From NCBI GenBank assembly GCA_963693365.1, contig CAVNZM010000005.1, forward strand, positions 11,679,728 through 11,743,727: a stretch of DNA of 64,000 nucleotides, read 5' to 3'. The position numbers were made by a program, and so were the translations under genes. Within the stretch, counting starts at the first letter, position 1. Every line of letters starts with the position of its first letter. The notes beneath the pieces are model-generated. The model was not told where the DNA came from. It ran no database searches and saw only the letters and a list, made by a program, of their open reading frames with translations. This stretch comes from Amoebidium appalachense. Taxonomy: Eukaryota; Protista; Ichthyosporea. Shown one piece after another: positions 63,794 to 64,000 of this stretch.

Positions 63794-64000
63794 CTTAAAA
63801 AAGAAAAAAAAAGAGGGGGGGGGGGGGGGGGAAGAAAAGAGGGGGAAAGGGGGGTGGAAGGCCGGGAGGGGTTATAACAATAACAGCTGCGTTAAAAAAA
63901 AAAAGTAACCCATGTGTATACATTACCCGCATATTTGGGCCTTCTTGGTCGTATGGGCTCGTATACAGTTAGTGCACTCAACAGGACCTTCACCTTATAG

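Overview
Eukaryotic genomic DNA, probably from a unicellular opisthokont (inference from gene content only). It is intron-rich, with GT-AG introns packed with poly-C/poly-G runs and (CA)n, (GA)n, (TA)n and (GAGT)n microsatellites, so almost all of the supplied ORF track is low-complexity noise. Splicing the exons by hand gives five genes. (1) A 12-exon class-3 aldehyde dehydrogenase (+, 5526-17071). (2) An intronless type-I membrane protein with a mucin-like ectodomain and a cytoplasmic CBM20 starch/glycogen-binding domain (+, 20579-22399). (3) A CAMK-group Ser/Thr kinase with a probable long N-terminal extension (-, 25175-31532). (4) A divergent, micro-exon-rich TBC/Rab-GAP-like gene that lacks canonical catalytic fingers and carries a frame lesion and a duplicated decaying exon (-, 35792 to at least 48417, possibly ~51400). 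(5) A drebrin-like/Abp1 ADF-H + SH3 gene (+, 52434-62883), head-to-head with gene 4. Mobile DNA includes a 5'-truncated LINE, two TA-flanked Tc1/mariner-type MITEs, a TIR element in the ALDH promoter and a GCTCGCTTCGCTCGC array. The best novelty candidates are the mucin-TM-CBM20 architecture and a dispersed ~110-140 nt 'CTGAGGATGG' element that sits beside poly-C tracts, is sense-oriented in every intronic copy, and makes up most of two ~170-nt introns. No database searches were possible; all exon coordinates were read by eye.
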